Source: Candidatus Magasanikiibacteriota bacterium
Lineage (GTDB): Bacteria > Patescibacteriota > Patescibacteriia > Magasanikbacterales > UBA922
NCBI GenBank assembly: GCA_041674805.1
Contig: JBAYVA010000002.1
Coordinates: 83,234 to 147,233, forward strand
Reading direction: 5' to 3'
DNA length: 64,000 nt
Part shown: positions 9,825 to 19,915 of the stretch, piece after piece
How the letters are laid out: each line of letters starts with the position of its first letter
Position numbering within the stretch: position 1 is the first letter of the stretch
The notes under the pieces: model-generated
What the model was told of the DNA's origin: nothing
The model's database searches: none
Seen by the model: the letters and a program-made list of their open reading frames with translations, nothing else
Made by a program: the position numbers and the translations under genes

Positions 9825-10373
9825 TTATTTGTAAAAAATTTCCATTTTTACTCTTTTTACACCAAAATTTACAGCTTCATTTCTAGTTGGCATCCAAATA
9901 TCACCACGTCCGTAACCATATCTAGCATTCATTCTATCTCTTACTACGAAGATTTTGTCAACATAAAGATCTGGAAAACGTACTTTTGTTCCTAAAGGTA
10001 AAAAGTTAGCAGCAATTGTATTTTGTTCGCCAAACTTTTCATAGTTTTCACACAAATTATACTTATAATCTGCAGGAATACAAGGTGTGCTATCAGTTTG
10101 TCCAACATCACTTGAATAAGCTGTCATCACAGCCATTACAATTTTTCTAGGTTCAGCATCTTCAATATCAGGAAAAGAAGCTACTTCTTCCTCAGTTTCT
10201 TCTGCTTGAGCTACGTTATTTTTGAAAAAATCGCTAATTTTAGCAAAAAAGTCTCCTTTTGCTTCTACAACTTCTGGTTGTAAGGTATTAAACAAAACAG
10301 AGAAGACAACTATCAAAGATAAACTACCCTTAAAAAGGTGTTTATTTAGCTCTTTTTTTAATGTTTTTTTCAT
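9825..10373 (-). CDS. Secreted 3D-domain (MltA/RlpA-like barrel) cell-wall protein
   Basis: 182 aa with a signal peptide. The C-terminal TAYSS..GQTDSTPC...GTKV..P....FVVRDRMN...GDIW pattern fits 3D-domain proteins. Confidence 0.65.
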   Translation of the reverse strand: MKKTLKKELNKHLFKGSLSLIVVFSVLFNTLQPEVVEAKGDFFAKISDFFKNNVAQAEETEEEVASFPDIEDAEPRKIVMAVMTAYSSDVGQTDSTPCIPADYKYNLCENYEKFGEQNTIAANFLPLGTKVRFPDLYVDKIFVVRDRMNARYGYGRGDIWMPTRNEAVNFGVKRVKMEIFYK

Positions 10374-10528
10374 ATTTGTGTTTGTTTTTGGCTTATTTAA
10401 GCCTTTTTTGTCAGTTAAATAAATTATAAATTAATTACGATTGTTTAATTTAACGACGGCTTATTGTACCATAAATTAGCCTTTTTGTCAATATTTTGAT
10501 AGAATAGAAATAACTAATTATTTCTTTT

Positions 10529-13363
10529 ATGCCGATACAAAAAAGGTCTTATGGTTACCTAAATAATCACAAAAAAAACAAAAATAACCCAAACTCCGAA
10601 CTAAAAAAGAAAATCAAAAAAATTATTTTATTAAGTACTTTGTTTTTATCTGTTTTCACGATACTTTTTGTGACAATTTTAACAGCTTGGATTAGTAAAG
10701 ACTTACCAGATCCAAACAAACTAACTGATAGAAAAATTGCCCAAAGTACCAAAATTTATGATAGAACAGGACAACACTTACTCTATGAAATTTTTGCTGA
10801 TGAAAAACGTACCCTTATTGAATTTGAACAACTACCAAAAGATTTGATAAATGGTGTAGTTGCTACTGAAGATACCAAATTTTATGAACACAGTGGTATT
10901 AGACCTTTATCTATCTTTCGTTCTATCATTGCAGGTATTTTTACCAAACAACGCATTGGCAGTGGTGCCTCTACTCTTACTCAACAACTAGTCAAAAATG
11001 CTATTTTAACTAATGAAAGATCTGTCTTACGTAAAATAAAAGAAGCAGTCATGACAATAAGATTGGAACAAAAATATACCAAAGAACAAATATTAAAAAT
11101 TTATTTCAATGAAATACCTTATGGCTCTACCAATTACGGTGTAGAATCAGCTGCCCAAAGTTATTTTGGTAAAAAAACTAGTGAATTAACACTGGCTGAA
11201 TCAGCTACTTTGGCAGGTATTCCCAAAGCCCCTTCCAAATATATAAATGACAATGAAGCTTTGAAACAAAGACGTGATTTCGTTTTACGCAGAATGTACG
11301 AAGAAGGATATATTACCGAAGAACAAAAAAATCAAGCTCAAGCTGAAGAACTAAAAATTAAAAAAACTTTTCATAAGATGGAAGCCCCTCATTTTGTTGA
11401 ATATGTACACGAGCAGTTGGCTGCCAAATATGGAGAAACAACTCTTGATACAGAAGGTCTAAAAGTCATAACTACTCTTGACTGGGACAAACAACAAATT
11501 GCTGAAAAAATAATGGAAGAAGAATCTGAACAAATATTAAAAGATGCTGGCGCCAACAACACATCTTTGGTAGCAATTGATCCCAAAACAGGACAACTGT
11601 TGGCTATGTTAGGTTCTCGTAATTATTATGATGACACTATAAAAGGTCAATTCAATGTAGCAACTTTGGGAACAAGACAGCCAGGTTCTTCTTTTAAACC
11701 TATTATTTATGCTGCCGCTTTTGAAAAAGGCTATACTCCCGATACTATTTTATTTGATACATTAACAAATTTTGCTGTTTCAGGACAACCTTATATTCCC
11801 AAAAATTATGATTTGAAAGAAAGAGGTCCTGTCACTATCAGACAAGCTCTGCAAGGATCTTTAAATATACCAGCTGTTAAAGCAATGTATCTTGTCGGTG
11901 AAAAAAATGCTGAAACATTCTCCAAAAAACTTGGTTACACTACTATTAAAGATGGACAAGCTGGTCTATCATTAGTCTTGGGTGGTGGAGCTGTAAAACT
12001 ATTGGAGCATACTAATACTTTTGCCACCTTTGCTAACAAAGGTTACAAAAATGAAATAGTTACTATTTTGAAAGTAGAAGATGCCAATGGCAAAATATTG
12101 GAAGAATGGAAAAACAAAAAAGGAGAAAAAGTAATAGAAGAAGATACCGCCAATAATATTTCTAATATTTTGAGTGATGACGCTGCTCGTGCTTATATGT
12201 TTGGGGCTGGAGGAATTTTGACTTTACCTGGTAGACCAGTAGCTGCCAAAACAGGTACTACCAACAACTACGTAGATTCTTGGACTATGGGCTATACACC
12301 TTCTTTGGCTACAGGTGTCTGGGCAGGAAACACTAATAATTCACCAATGAAAGCTGGTTATGGTGGTAGTATGGTAGCTGCCAAAATTTGGAACAGTTTT
12401 ATGAAACAGGCTTTACAAAACACTGCTGTAGAAAATTTTCCACCACTACCAAAAAATACAGCTGAAAAACCTGTGCTAAAAGGATCAGAAGGAGGAAAAG
12501 TTACTTTAAAAATAGACAAAGCCACAGGAAAATTAGCTTCTACTTCTACACCTGAATATTTGATTGAAGAAAAAACATATATACAAGCTCATTCCATATT
12601 ACATTATGTAAAAAAAGATGATCCACGCGGTGAAGCTCCAGAAAATCCTAGTGACGATCCACAATATCTTGGTTGGGAAAAAGGCATAGAAGATTGGATA
12701 AATAAAAATAAAGAAGCCAATCCTGAATGGAATTTTAGTTTTGAAGAACCACCAACAGAATATGATGATGCCCATAGTTTGGAATTATTACCAAGTATTG
12801 AAATTGTATATCCTGCAAATGACGGAAAAATAAATACCCGACAATTGGATACAGATATTCGTGTTAGTGCACCAAGAGGTATTGCCAAAGTAACTTATCA
12901 ATTAGATGGCGTTTATGTTGGTGTTGTAAATTTACATCCTTTCAATCTTCACTATTACATGGAAGAACAAGATTCTGGGGAACATACTCTAAAAATAACA
13001 GCTGAAGATGATATAGGAAACCGCATGGAAAAAGAAATAAAATTTATTTTGGAAACTTCCGAAGTAAAAGCTACTGTAACATTTTTAGAAAATTATAATA
13101 TCATTAAAAAAGAAAATTTTCCAAAAACAATTACTTTGAAACCTATCAAATTAAATGAAATAAAAAGTGTATCATTATATTATGAAAATAATGGACAAAA
13201 AAATTTGATAGAAACTATAAACACTTTTGATAATTTAATTAATAATCAAATATTTATTAGTTGGAAAAGTTCCCCACAAATTGGTAAATACAAATTATTA
13301 GCAGAAACAATTGATAATAATAATGAAAAATCAATTTCAACATTAGAAATAGAAATACAATAA
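10529..13363 (+). CDS. Class A penicillin-binding protein (PBP1A: glycosyltransferase + transpeptidase) with a long C-terminal extension
   Basis: GT51 motifs EDTKFYEHSGI and RKIKEA. Transpeptidase motifs SSFKP (SxxK) and KTGTT. N-terminal TM. About 250 extra C-terminal residues. Confidence 0.9.
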   Translation: MPIQKRSYGYLNNHKKNKNNPNSELKKKIKKIILLSTLFLSVFTILFVTILTAWISKDLPDPNKLTDRKIAQSTKIYDRTGQHLLYEIFADEKRTLIEFEQLPKDLINGVVATEDTKFYEHSGIRPLSIFRSIIAGIFTKQRIGSGASTLTQQLVKNAILTNERSVLRKIKEAVMTIRLEQKYTKEQILKIYFNEIPYGSTNYGVESAAQSYFGKKTSELTLAESATLAGIPKAPSKYINDNEALKQRRDFVLRRMYEEGYITEEQKNQAQAEELKIKKTFHKMEAPHFVEYVHEQLAAKYGETTLDTEGLKVITTLDWDKQQIAEKIMEEESEQILKDAGANNTSLVAIDPKTGQLLAMLGSRNYYDDTIKGQFNVATLGTRQPGSSFKPIIYAAAFEKGYTPDTILFDTLTNFAVSGQPYIPKNYDLKERGPVTIRQALQGSLNIPAVKAMYLVGEKNAETFSKKLGYTTIKDGQAGLSLVLGGGAVKLLEHTNTFATFANKGYKNEIVTILKVEDANGKILEEWKNKKGEKVIEEDTANNISNILSDDAARAYMFGAGGILTLPGRPVAAKTGTTNNYVDSWTMGYTPSLATGVWAGNTNNSPMKAGYGGSMVAAKIWNSFMKQALQNTAVENFPPLPKNTAEKPVLKGSEGGKVTLKIDKATGKLASTSTPEYLIEEKTYIQAHSILHYVKKDDPRGEAPENPSDDPQYLGWEKGIEDWINKNKEANPEWNFSFEEPPTEYDDAHSLELLPSIEIVYPANDGKINTRQLDTDIRVSAPRGIAKVTYQLDGVYVGVVNLHPFNLHYYMEEQDSGEHTLKITAEDDIGNRMEKEIKFILETSEVKATVTFLENYNIIKKENFPKTITLKPIKLNEIKSVSLYYENNGQKNLIETINTFDNLINNQIFISWKSSPQIGKYKLLAETIDNNNEKSISTLEIEIQ

Positions 13364-13370
13364 AAAAATA

Positions 13371-13396
13371 AAATCACCTTTTAGGTGATTTTTTTG
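13371..13396 (+). terminator. Rho-independent terminator after PBP1A
   Basis: Stem aaatcacc / ggtgattt followed by a T-run. Confidence 0.7.
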
Positions 13397-13468
13397 TAGA
13401 AAAAATTATTTAGAATTTTAAAAACCAATAAATAATTAATTAAAATGAACAATAATAAAATAGTTTTA

Positions 13469-13909
13469 TTAGAATATAAGTTTGTAAGTAAAACCTTCAT
13501 TCCATTGAGGGTTATTCCATTTCATAAAACCTACTTTTTCACACAGTTTTTGCATAGGATAGTTTTCAAAAGATGTTTCAGTAACAATCCCTATAGCTCC
13601 TCTATTTTTTGAATGTTCAATACATTTATCAATCAAACATTGTCCCATTCCAAATTTTTGAAACATTGAATCAACTAGTATCTCGCGAATAAAAAAGAAA
13701 TTATCTTCCCACCAATCTCTATCAATAGAACAAAAAGCCACAAATTTATCATTTTTTTTAGCCAATAAATATAAACTATCTTTTAGAACAAAATTTTTCT
13801 TGAGTAATTTAATTGTGCTTTTATCAAATATATAATTAAAAGATTTTTTACCCTCTAAAAGTTCAATTTCTTTTTCATTCTTTATTTCAGAAATAATAAT
13901 ATCATCCAT
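13469..13909 (-). CDS. GNAT-family N-acetyltransferase
   Basis: 146 aa. The acetyl-CoA loop-like QKFGMGQCLIDKCIEHSK and overall size fit GNAT. Confidence 0.65.
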   Translation of the reverse strand: MDDIIISEIKNEKEIELLEGKKSFNYIFDKSTIKLLKKNFVLKDSLYLLAKKNDKFVAFCSIDRDWWEDNFFFIREILVDSMFQKFGMGQCLIDKCIEHSKNRGAIGIVTETSFENYPMQKLCEKVGFMKWNNPQWNEGFTYKLIF

Positions 13910-14122
13910 AAAATAAAAATAATTTTATTTAATTTTCAAATATAATATTGAATTTTAGATGATGTAATCTTTTTTATTACTTTGGAAAATAATTTTTTCT
14001 AGTTTTTAGCAAATTGAATTTAATTACAAGATAATTAATCATTTCAAATCTAAAAAAAATATCAACTAAATTATTATAAACAAAACAAAAAACAAATTAA
14101 TAATTTTATTTTATAAATAAAA

Positions 14123-15250
14123 TTATTTTTTAATAGGCATAACGATATACAAGTAATTGTCTTTTTCTTTTGGTCTAAAAATACAAGGAGCATCAGCACT
14201 ATTTACACCAAATTCAATGTTTTCACCTTCCATGTGTGCTAAACCATCCAACACATAGCTGTGGTTTAATAAAATGGAATTTTCTTCACCAATTACTTCA
14301 GCATCAACTTCAGAAGTATGTTCTCCAGCTTGAGTACTGGAAGAAGAAACTCCTACATTTTTTTTGCTTGGACTAAGCTCAAAAGAAACAGCATTGATAC
14401 CACCTGACGTAAACAAACTCGCTGCTTTGATTTTGTTGACCATAACACTTAGCGGAAAAGCAGCTGTTGTTTTAAAATTGTTTGGAATAATTTGTGTATA
14501 ATCTGGATAACGGCCTTCAATCAAACGACTAGTCATTTCAAAATTTCCATAACGAATAGCTATTTGATTATCACTTACCCAAACACGAACAATATCTTCA
14601 CCGCCATGACTTTTGGCAATTGTCAAAAGACGATTTATTTCATAAGCTACGCGTGCTGGTACAATACAGTGCACATTTTGAATTTCACCTTGTTTAATTT
14701 TTATTTTAGCTTCTGCCAAACGATAAGAATCTGTTGCTGCTAATACTAATCCATCATATTTTTCTGAAAAAAATGAAAAATAAATACCTGAAAATTCTGG
14801 TCTTACTTCGTTTTTGGAAACAGCTATAATAACTTTGCCAATAGCTTCTTTCAAATCATCAACTTGAACAACATAAGAATTTTTTTCTTCCACTTCTGGT
14901 AAAATTGGATAATCTTCATCTGTTGATCCTTTGATTTTAGTGCTAGAATTACCTGAAGTTATGATTAATTCATTGCCTTTTTGGTCTATTTCTACTTGTT
15001 CGCTTGTCAATAACTTAACATAATCTGCCAAAGTTTTTGCTGGAACTGTAAAATTTCCAGTAGTTTCTACTTTGGCTCTAATTTGTGTTTTTACTGCAAT
15101 TTCTAAGTTAGTACTGCTAATTTCAATACCTGAATCATTGGCTTTGATAAGTACGTTACTCAAAATTGGTAAGTTTGTATGTTTACTAGCTAAGGAACTC
15201 ACAAGACTCAAGGAATATTCTAAGTTTTCTTTTGTACATGTGAATTTCAT
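14123..15250 (-). CDS. dnaN: DNA polymerase III beta sliding clamp
   Basis: 375 aa. N-terminal MKFTCTKENL..L..V....S.....PILSNVLI, a three-domain length, and position immediately downstream of dnaA. Confidence 0.9.
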   Translation of the reverse strand: MKFTCTKENLEYSLSLVSSLASKHTNLPILSNVLIKANDSGIEISSTNLEIAVKTQIRAKVETTGNFTVPAKTLADYVKLLTSEQVEIDQKGNELIITSGNSSTKIKGSTDEDYPILPEVEEKNSYVVQVDDLKEAIGKVIIAVSKNEVRPEFSGIYFSFFSEKYDGLVLAATDSYRLAEAKIKIKQGEIQNVHCIVPARVAYEINRLLTIAKSHGGEDIVRVWVSDNQIAIRYGNFEMTSRLIEGRYPDYTQIIPNNFKTTAAFPLSVMVNKIKAASLFTSGGINAVSFELSPSKKNVGVSSSSTQAGEHTSEVDAEVIGEENSILLNHSYVLDGLAHMEGENIEFGVNSADAPCIFRPKEKDNYLYIVMPIKK

Positions 15251-15764
15251 ATGTTTGTTGTTTTATTAGTATATATATATTTATATAACTAGTAATATAT
15301 AATAAGGCCTGTGTGTAAAGTGCGAAAGTCGTTTTTTTGTTTTGGTTGACTTATTTTTTTGTGTGGACTTCTGCGCTTAAACTGTGTTTTTAAATGTGGT
15401 ATTTCTGGTGATAACTTTTTTTTAATTTTTTTCCTGTTGATGAACTGTTGATTTGTGGATAGATTATGAACAGTCTTTTTTTAGTTATCAACTTTTTTGT
15501 TATCGAGAATTTTTTTTGTGAATTGTTTGTTATTAACTTTTTTTAAATATTATTTTTAAAGGAATAATTTTTATTAGTTTTTGTTTGTCTTGTCAGAACT
15601 CTTAGTTTGGAGTTGATAGAATGAATCTAATAAAAATATAATTTTTTGTTTGCTAATAAAACTTCTCTGTTTTTTTGTTGAGAAATTTTTCAAAAATTAT
15701 AATGATTTACAATTTTTGAAAAATCCCTCATCTTTTTTTTAAAAAGATTTTTGGGATTATTTTT
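15251..15764. other. dnaA-dnaN intergenic region with DnaA-box-like sites (candidate second oriC module)
   Basis: 514-bp ORF-free AT-rich spacer containing tgtggatag (15454-15462, 1 mismatch), tgtggactt (15362-15370), several TTATC(A/G)A variants, and the 12-mer attatgaacagt shared with the region upstream of dnaA. Confidence 0.5.
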
Positions 15765-17150
15765 TTAAACAGCGTTGGAATATAATCTTTGTTTTATCAT
15801 TTCCAAATCTTGTTTGAGCTTTAAGTCGTTGTCTATACTTTGTAATATTTTACTGTGTGCATGCATAGCTGTAGTATGATCTCTACCACCTAGTTCATCA
15901 CCTATATTTGGATAAGAAAGTTTCAACTCTTCTCTTAGCAAATACATGATAATTTGACGTGGAAAAGCTAATTTTTTTTCACGACTTTTGCCGAGTACAT
16001 CATCGATAGAGATATCAAAATAACCAGCTACGACATTTATTATTTCACGAGGAGTTAAAGAACGTTTCATACTTTGTTCTTCAAAACTAGATAATACTTG
16101 TTTAATAGTTTCTTCAGTTGCTTCAATATTTTTTAGTTCGTGATAAGCAATAATTTTGTTGAGAGCGCCTTCTAATTCACGAATATTATTTTTAACATTT
16201 GTCGCAATAAATTGGATAAGTTTTCCTTCAATTTTGAAATCTTTTTCCTGAGCTTTTCTTTGTAGAATAGCTAAACGAGTTTCTAAGTCAGGAGGAGAAA
16301 TATCAGCAATCATACCCCATTCAAATCTACTGCGTAAGCGATCTTCTAAAGCAGGTATGGCTTTTGGTGGTCTATCACTTGTTAAAACAACTTGTTTACC
16401 TTGTTGGTGTAATTCGTTGAAAGTGTGAAAAAATTCTTCTTGTGTTTGTTCTTTGCCACCAATAAATTGAATATCATCAATCAAAAGTAAATCAACATTT
16501 CTATATCTATCTTTGAATTCTTTGGCTCTACCTTCTTTTACAGAAGAAACAAATTCATTGGTAAATTTTTCAGAACTAACGTATAAAATTTTTGTTTGAG
16601 GATTGGCCTCAAGCATAGTATGGCCAATCGCTTGTATAAGATGAGTTTTTCCCAAACCTACTCCTCCATAAATGAATAAAGGGTTGTAAGAATCTCCAGG
16701 ACGACGAGCTACGGCTTGAGCTGCAGCATGAGCAAGTTCATTACCTTTACCTACGACAAAAGTATCAAAAGTATATTTTGGATTCAAACCAAATTGCTGA
16801 ACCAAAGTATTTTTTCTTTGGTTATTGTATAAAGGGTTTGTAATAGTAGAAATTTGTGGTAACTTCTCTGACATTTTACATTCAGATTCTTTGATATTTT
16901 TTATATTTTCTACTATATAATCTACTTTTTTGATAGGTTTGCCTGTCACTCTTTCTAAGATCTTGATTATTTGAGAGTGATGCTTCTTTTCTAACCAACT
17001 CTTTGTAAAGGAGTTAGGAACACAAATATTCACTAATCCTTCTTCATAATTTGCTATTCCTGTGTTTTTGAACCATGTCGTAAATTGAGCTTTGGATAAA
17101 CTTAGCTCAAATTCGGCCAAAACAGCTTGCCAGATTTCGTGAGTGGTCAT
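15765..17150 (-). CDS. dnaA: Chromosomal replication initiator DnaA
   Basis: 461 aa. Walker A GGVGLGKTHL, LLIDDIQF, sensor and box VII regions, C-terminal DNA-binding helix-turn-helix (..HTTAMHA..). Confidence 0.95.
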   Translation of the reverse strand: MTTHEIWQAVLAEFELSLSKAQFTTWFKNTGIANYEEGLVNICVPNSFTKSWLEKKHHSQIIKILERVTGKPIKKVDYIVENIKNIKESECKMSEKLPQISTITNPLYNNQRKNTLVQQFGLNPKYTFDTFVVGKGNELAHAAAQAVARRPGDSYNPLFIYGGVGLGKTHLIQAIGHTMLEANPQTKILYVSSEKFTNEFVSSVKEGRAKEFKDRYRNVDLLLIDDIQFIGGKEQTQEEFFHTFNELHQQGKQVVLTSDRPPKAIPALEDRLRSRFEWGMIADISPPDLETRLAILQRKAQEKDFKIEGKLIQFIATNVKNNIRELEGALNKIIAYHELKNIEATEETIKQVLSSFEEQSMKRSLTPREIINVVAGYFDISIDDVLGKSREKKLAFPRQIIMYLLREELKLSYPNIGDELGGRDHTTAMHAHSKILQSIDNDLKLKQDLEMIKQRLYSNAV

Positions 17151-17239
17151 AGATAAAGTCTTTATTTTTATGTTTTTTCATTTTATCACAGTTTGCTAAT
17201 TTAAAAAATCCTCTAAATTAAGCTAAAAGTGCATAAAGT

Positions 17240-17268
17240 TGTGGACAACTTGTGGATTCTGTGGATAA
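17240..17268. promoter_or_regulatory. Cluster of three adjacent DnaA boxes upstream of dnaA (oriC / dnaA autoregulation)
   Basis: tgtggacaa (17240-17248), tgtggattc (17251-17259) and a perfect tgtggataa (17260-17268). A further ggtggataa lies at 17492-17500. Confidence 0.75.
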
Positions 17269-17670
17269 TTTGGCTAAAATACTTTATATTTTTTATTAAA
17301 AAATTATGAACAGTTTGGAGATTTTTACTTTTTTTATTTTAGAAAAATAGATTTTTTGTTAATAGCGTTTTTTTGCTAATTTTAGTAAAAAATGAATAAA
17401 AATAGTTGATTGCTTTATTATAATAACACATCCTTCACTCGTAGCAAAAACAAAGGTCAGAAATGTTTTTTTACCAATGTTTTTGTCTAAAGGTGGATAA
17501 TTACTACGAAATAATACAATTTATACCCTATTTTTGATTTTATTAGGATTTGTAGATTCATTAATTTTGATTAATGTGGTCAATTTATTAGATTTTTGTG
17601 TTTTTTGAAGTTGAAAATTTTTTTTATGTAAGTTAGTTTTTCTTATTATTGTCTAAGTTTTTATCAATAC

Positions 17671-17699
17671 TTGACAAAACTTTAAATTTTTTGTATTAT
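17671..17699 (+). promoter_or_regulatory. Promoter of rpmH
   Basis: TTGACA (17671-17676), 17-nt spacer, TATTAT (17694-17699), 35 nt upstream of the rpmH ATG. Confidence 0.65.
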
Positions 17700-17733
17700 T
17701 TAGCTACATTATTTAGTTTTGAACTTATAAGTT

Positions 17734-17913
17734 ATGGCAACAAAAAGAACATATCAGCCAAAAAAACGTAAAAGAGCAAAGACCCATGGTTTTCTAGAAA
17801 GAATGAAAACAAAAGATGGTCGTAAAGTTCTTAAGGCACGTCGTGATAAAGGCAGAAAAAAACTTACAGTAAGTGAAGAAAGAACAGGTAAAAGAACAAG
17901 AAAAACACGTTAA
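17734..17913 (+). CDS. rpmH: 50S ribosomal protein L34 with a basic C-terminal extension
   Basis: Not in the ORF track (59 aa). Translation is [59 protein letters not shown]. The first 44 aa are canonical L34, and the gene sits in the classic rpmH-rnpA position. Confidence 0.9.
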   Translation: MATKRTYQPKKRKRAKTHGFLERMKTKDGRKVLKARRDKGRKKLTVSEERTGKRTRKTR

Positions 17914-17978
17914 TTTGTCTGTTTTTAATCTAATAACCATTACTACCTCGTTTTTACGAGGTTTTTGTGTTATAATAT

Positions 17979-18362
17979 TTGTATATGTTAGCCAAAGAAT
18001 TTAGATTAAGAGGTAAAAAAGAATGGGAAGTTTTGTTTGCAGAAGGTAACTTTGCTTCGGCAAATTTTTTGACGGTCAAATTTTGGAAGATAGAAGTAAA
18101 TAAATTTCCTCGTAGAAAGTTTCAAGTATCAGATCTTAAGATAGGCTTTAGTGTTGGTTTAAAAATAAGTAAAAGTGCTGTAAAACGTAATAGTGTTAAA
18201 AGAAAAATGAGTGAAGTTGTGAGATTGTTATTAAAAGACAATAAAATTAAATCAGGTTATTTGATTGGATTCTTGGCTAAAAATAATATTTTAGATGTTG
18301 ATTACTCACAAATAGAAGCAGATATTATTAATTGTCTGAAAAAATCTAAACTATTAATCTAA
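17979..18362 (+). CDS. rnpA: RNase P protein component
   Basis: 127 aa. RNR-like motif SAVKRNSVKRKMSEVVR, and position directly after rpmH. Confidence 0.8.
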   Translation: MYMLAKEFRLRGKKEWEVLFAEGNFASANFLTVKFWKIEVNKFPRRKFQVSDLKIGFSVGLKISKSAVKRNSVKRKMSEVVRLLLKDNKIKSGYLIGFLAKNNILDVDYSQIEADIINCLKKSKLLI

Positions 18363-18883
18363 AAATTTAGCTTAAAATAGATAAAAAATGAACTTACAAA
18401 GTTCATTTTTTTTGTATTTGTTTGTTTCTTTTGAAAATATTCAAATTTTTTATAAATTTACGAAAAGTTTTGTTTTTTATTTTATTTTTTTATGAGAGAT
18501 AATTAATTTGTATTTGTTAATGTTACTTTTTGTCTTTAATTAGCCAAATATATTTATAGTTTTTTTGTTTTATTTTTTAGTAATTATAATTTTGTTATTT
18601 TTTGCTAAAAATTTGTCATAATTTGTTTTTTAAGAAAAAAATTTTGTAAAAAATTATATTATTTTTTATAGGAACTTAAAAATTTTGTTGTTAATTCAAA
18701 AAAATGGCTAAAATTAGCACAGTTTAAAAAGTAAAAATAATTTTATTTTTACATATTGTTTTAATTTGTTTTTTTTGTTACAGTTAGTTTAAAGTTAGAC
18801 ATATATATTTTGAAAAATATTTTACTAATTTTTAATAAAATATTGTCAAAATTTTACTTTTTATAATTCATAATTTTGGCTTT

Positions 18884-19141
18884 ATGAAGCACAAAATAAC
18901 ATATTTACCACGTATTCCAATTTTGTTTTTGATAAGTCTTTATCAAAAGACATTATCCCCTGATCATGGCTGGTTCAAGAAGTATCATCCTAATGGTTAT
19001 TGTCGTTTTTATCCTACTTGTAGTCAGTATGGTTATGAGGTGATAAAGAAAAAAGGTTTGATCAGAGGTATTCCTCAAACTGCTTGGCGTATTATGCGTT
19101 GCAACCCTTGGTCTAAGGGGGGTGTTGACTTGCCGAAGTAG
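18884..19141 (+). CDS. yidD: Membrane protein insertion efficiency factor YidD
   Basis: 85 aa. YQKTLSP....CRFYPTCSQYGYEVIKKKG...G...RI.RCNPW..GG.D matches the YidD signature. Confidence 0.85.
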   Translation: MKHKITYLPRIPILFLISLYQKTLSPDHGWFKKYHPNGYCRFYPTCSQYGYEVIKKKGLIRGIPQTAWRIMRCNPWSKGGVDLPK

Positions 19142-19183
19142 TTTTGTGTTATAATATAGTTATAATTTTTAATTTAAAATAAT

Positions 19184-19543
19184 ATGAATATGGAATCTGG
19201 AGCTAGAAGGAATAGTGATTTTAAATTTTCTAGAGAAGGTAGAAAAGATGATGAGGATCCTTTGGCTGAAATTTTACCTAAAGAAGATAAAACCACAGAT
19301 GTCTTTTTAGCAGGTATGAGCCCTGAGGAATCATCTTTTTTTAGAAATTCACAAATTAAGCAAGCTCATGAGGATGTCTATAAAGCCGCAGCTGTATCAG
19401 AAACAAACCCTAGTGATTCTTTTAACGAACAAGAAACAGAATGGTTTGCACAAGGTGAAAGGCAAGATTTTCAAGAAAAAGATATACCAAGAAAAGAGAA
19501 TCTTGTAAAAAGATTGTTTAAGAGAATGTTTGGTAGTAAATAA
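19184..19543 (+). CDS. Hypothetical charged protein
   Basis: 119-aa ORF preceded by an extended -10 promoter (tgtgttataat, 19145-19155). No recognisable motif. Confidence 0.4.
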   Translation: MNMESGARRNSDFKFSREGRKDDEDPLAEILPKEDKTTDVFLAGMSPEESSFFRNSQIKQAHEDVYKAAAVSETNPSDSFNEQETEWFAQGERQDFQEKDIPRKENLVKRLFKRMFGSK

Positions 19544-19592
19544 AAATAATTTAGCAGCCTTTATCTGAGGCTGCTTTTGATAAAATATAATT

Positions 19593-19814
19593 ATGCTTCT
19601 AAACATCAAAGTAATACCAAAATCATCTTTAAACAAGGTTATAAGGCTTTCTGAGAATGAATTGAAGGTGAAGTTGACTTCCCCACCTGTTGATGGCGAA
19701 GCAAATAAAAAATTGATAGAAATACTTAGTAAAGAATTTAATGTTGCTAAATCAAAGATTAGAATTGTGAAAGGTGAGACTGGAAAAAATAAGGTAGTTG
19801 ATATTGAATTTTAA
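19593..19814 (+). CDS. DUF167 / YggU-family protein
   Basis: 73 aa. ..V.PKSS.N.V......L.V.L.SPPVDGEANK.LI..LSK...V.KS.I.IV.GETG..K matches the family pattern. Confidence 0.75.
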   Translation: MLLNIKVIPKSSLNKVIRLSENELKVKLTSPPVDGEANKKLIEILSKEFNVAKSKIRIVKGETGKNKVVDIEF

Positions 19815-19871
19815 ATTTAGCAATTTTAAATTTTAAATGGTGTCATTTCAAAATTTTAAAATTTCTAAATT

Positions 19872-19902
19872 AAAAACGTCCTTAGTGATAAGGACGTTTT
19901 TG
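19872..19902. terminator. Bidirectional terminator between the yggU-like gene and tig
   Basis: Stem aacgtcctt / aaggacgtt flanked by A- and T-runs. Confidence 0.75.
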
Positions 19903-19915
19903 TTTATCTAAATTT

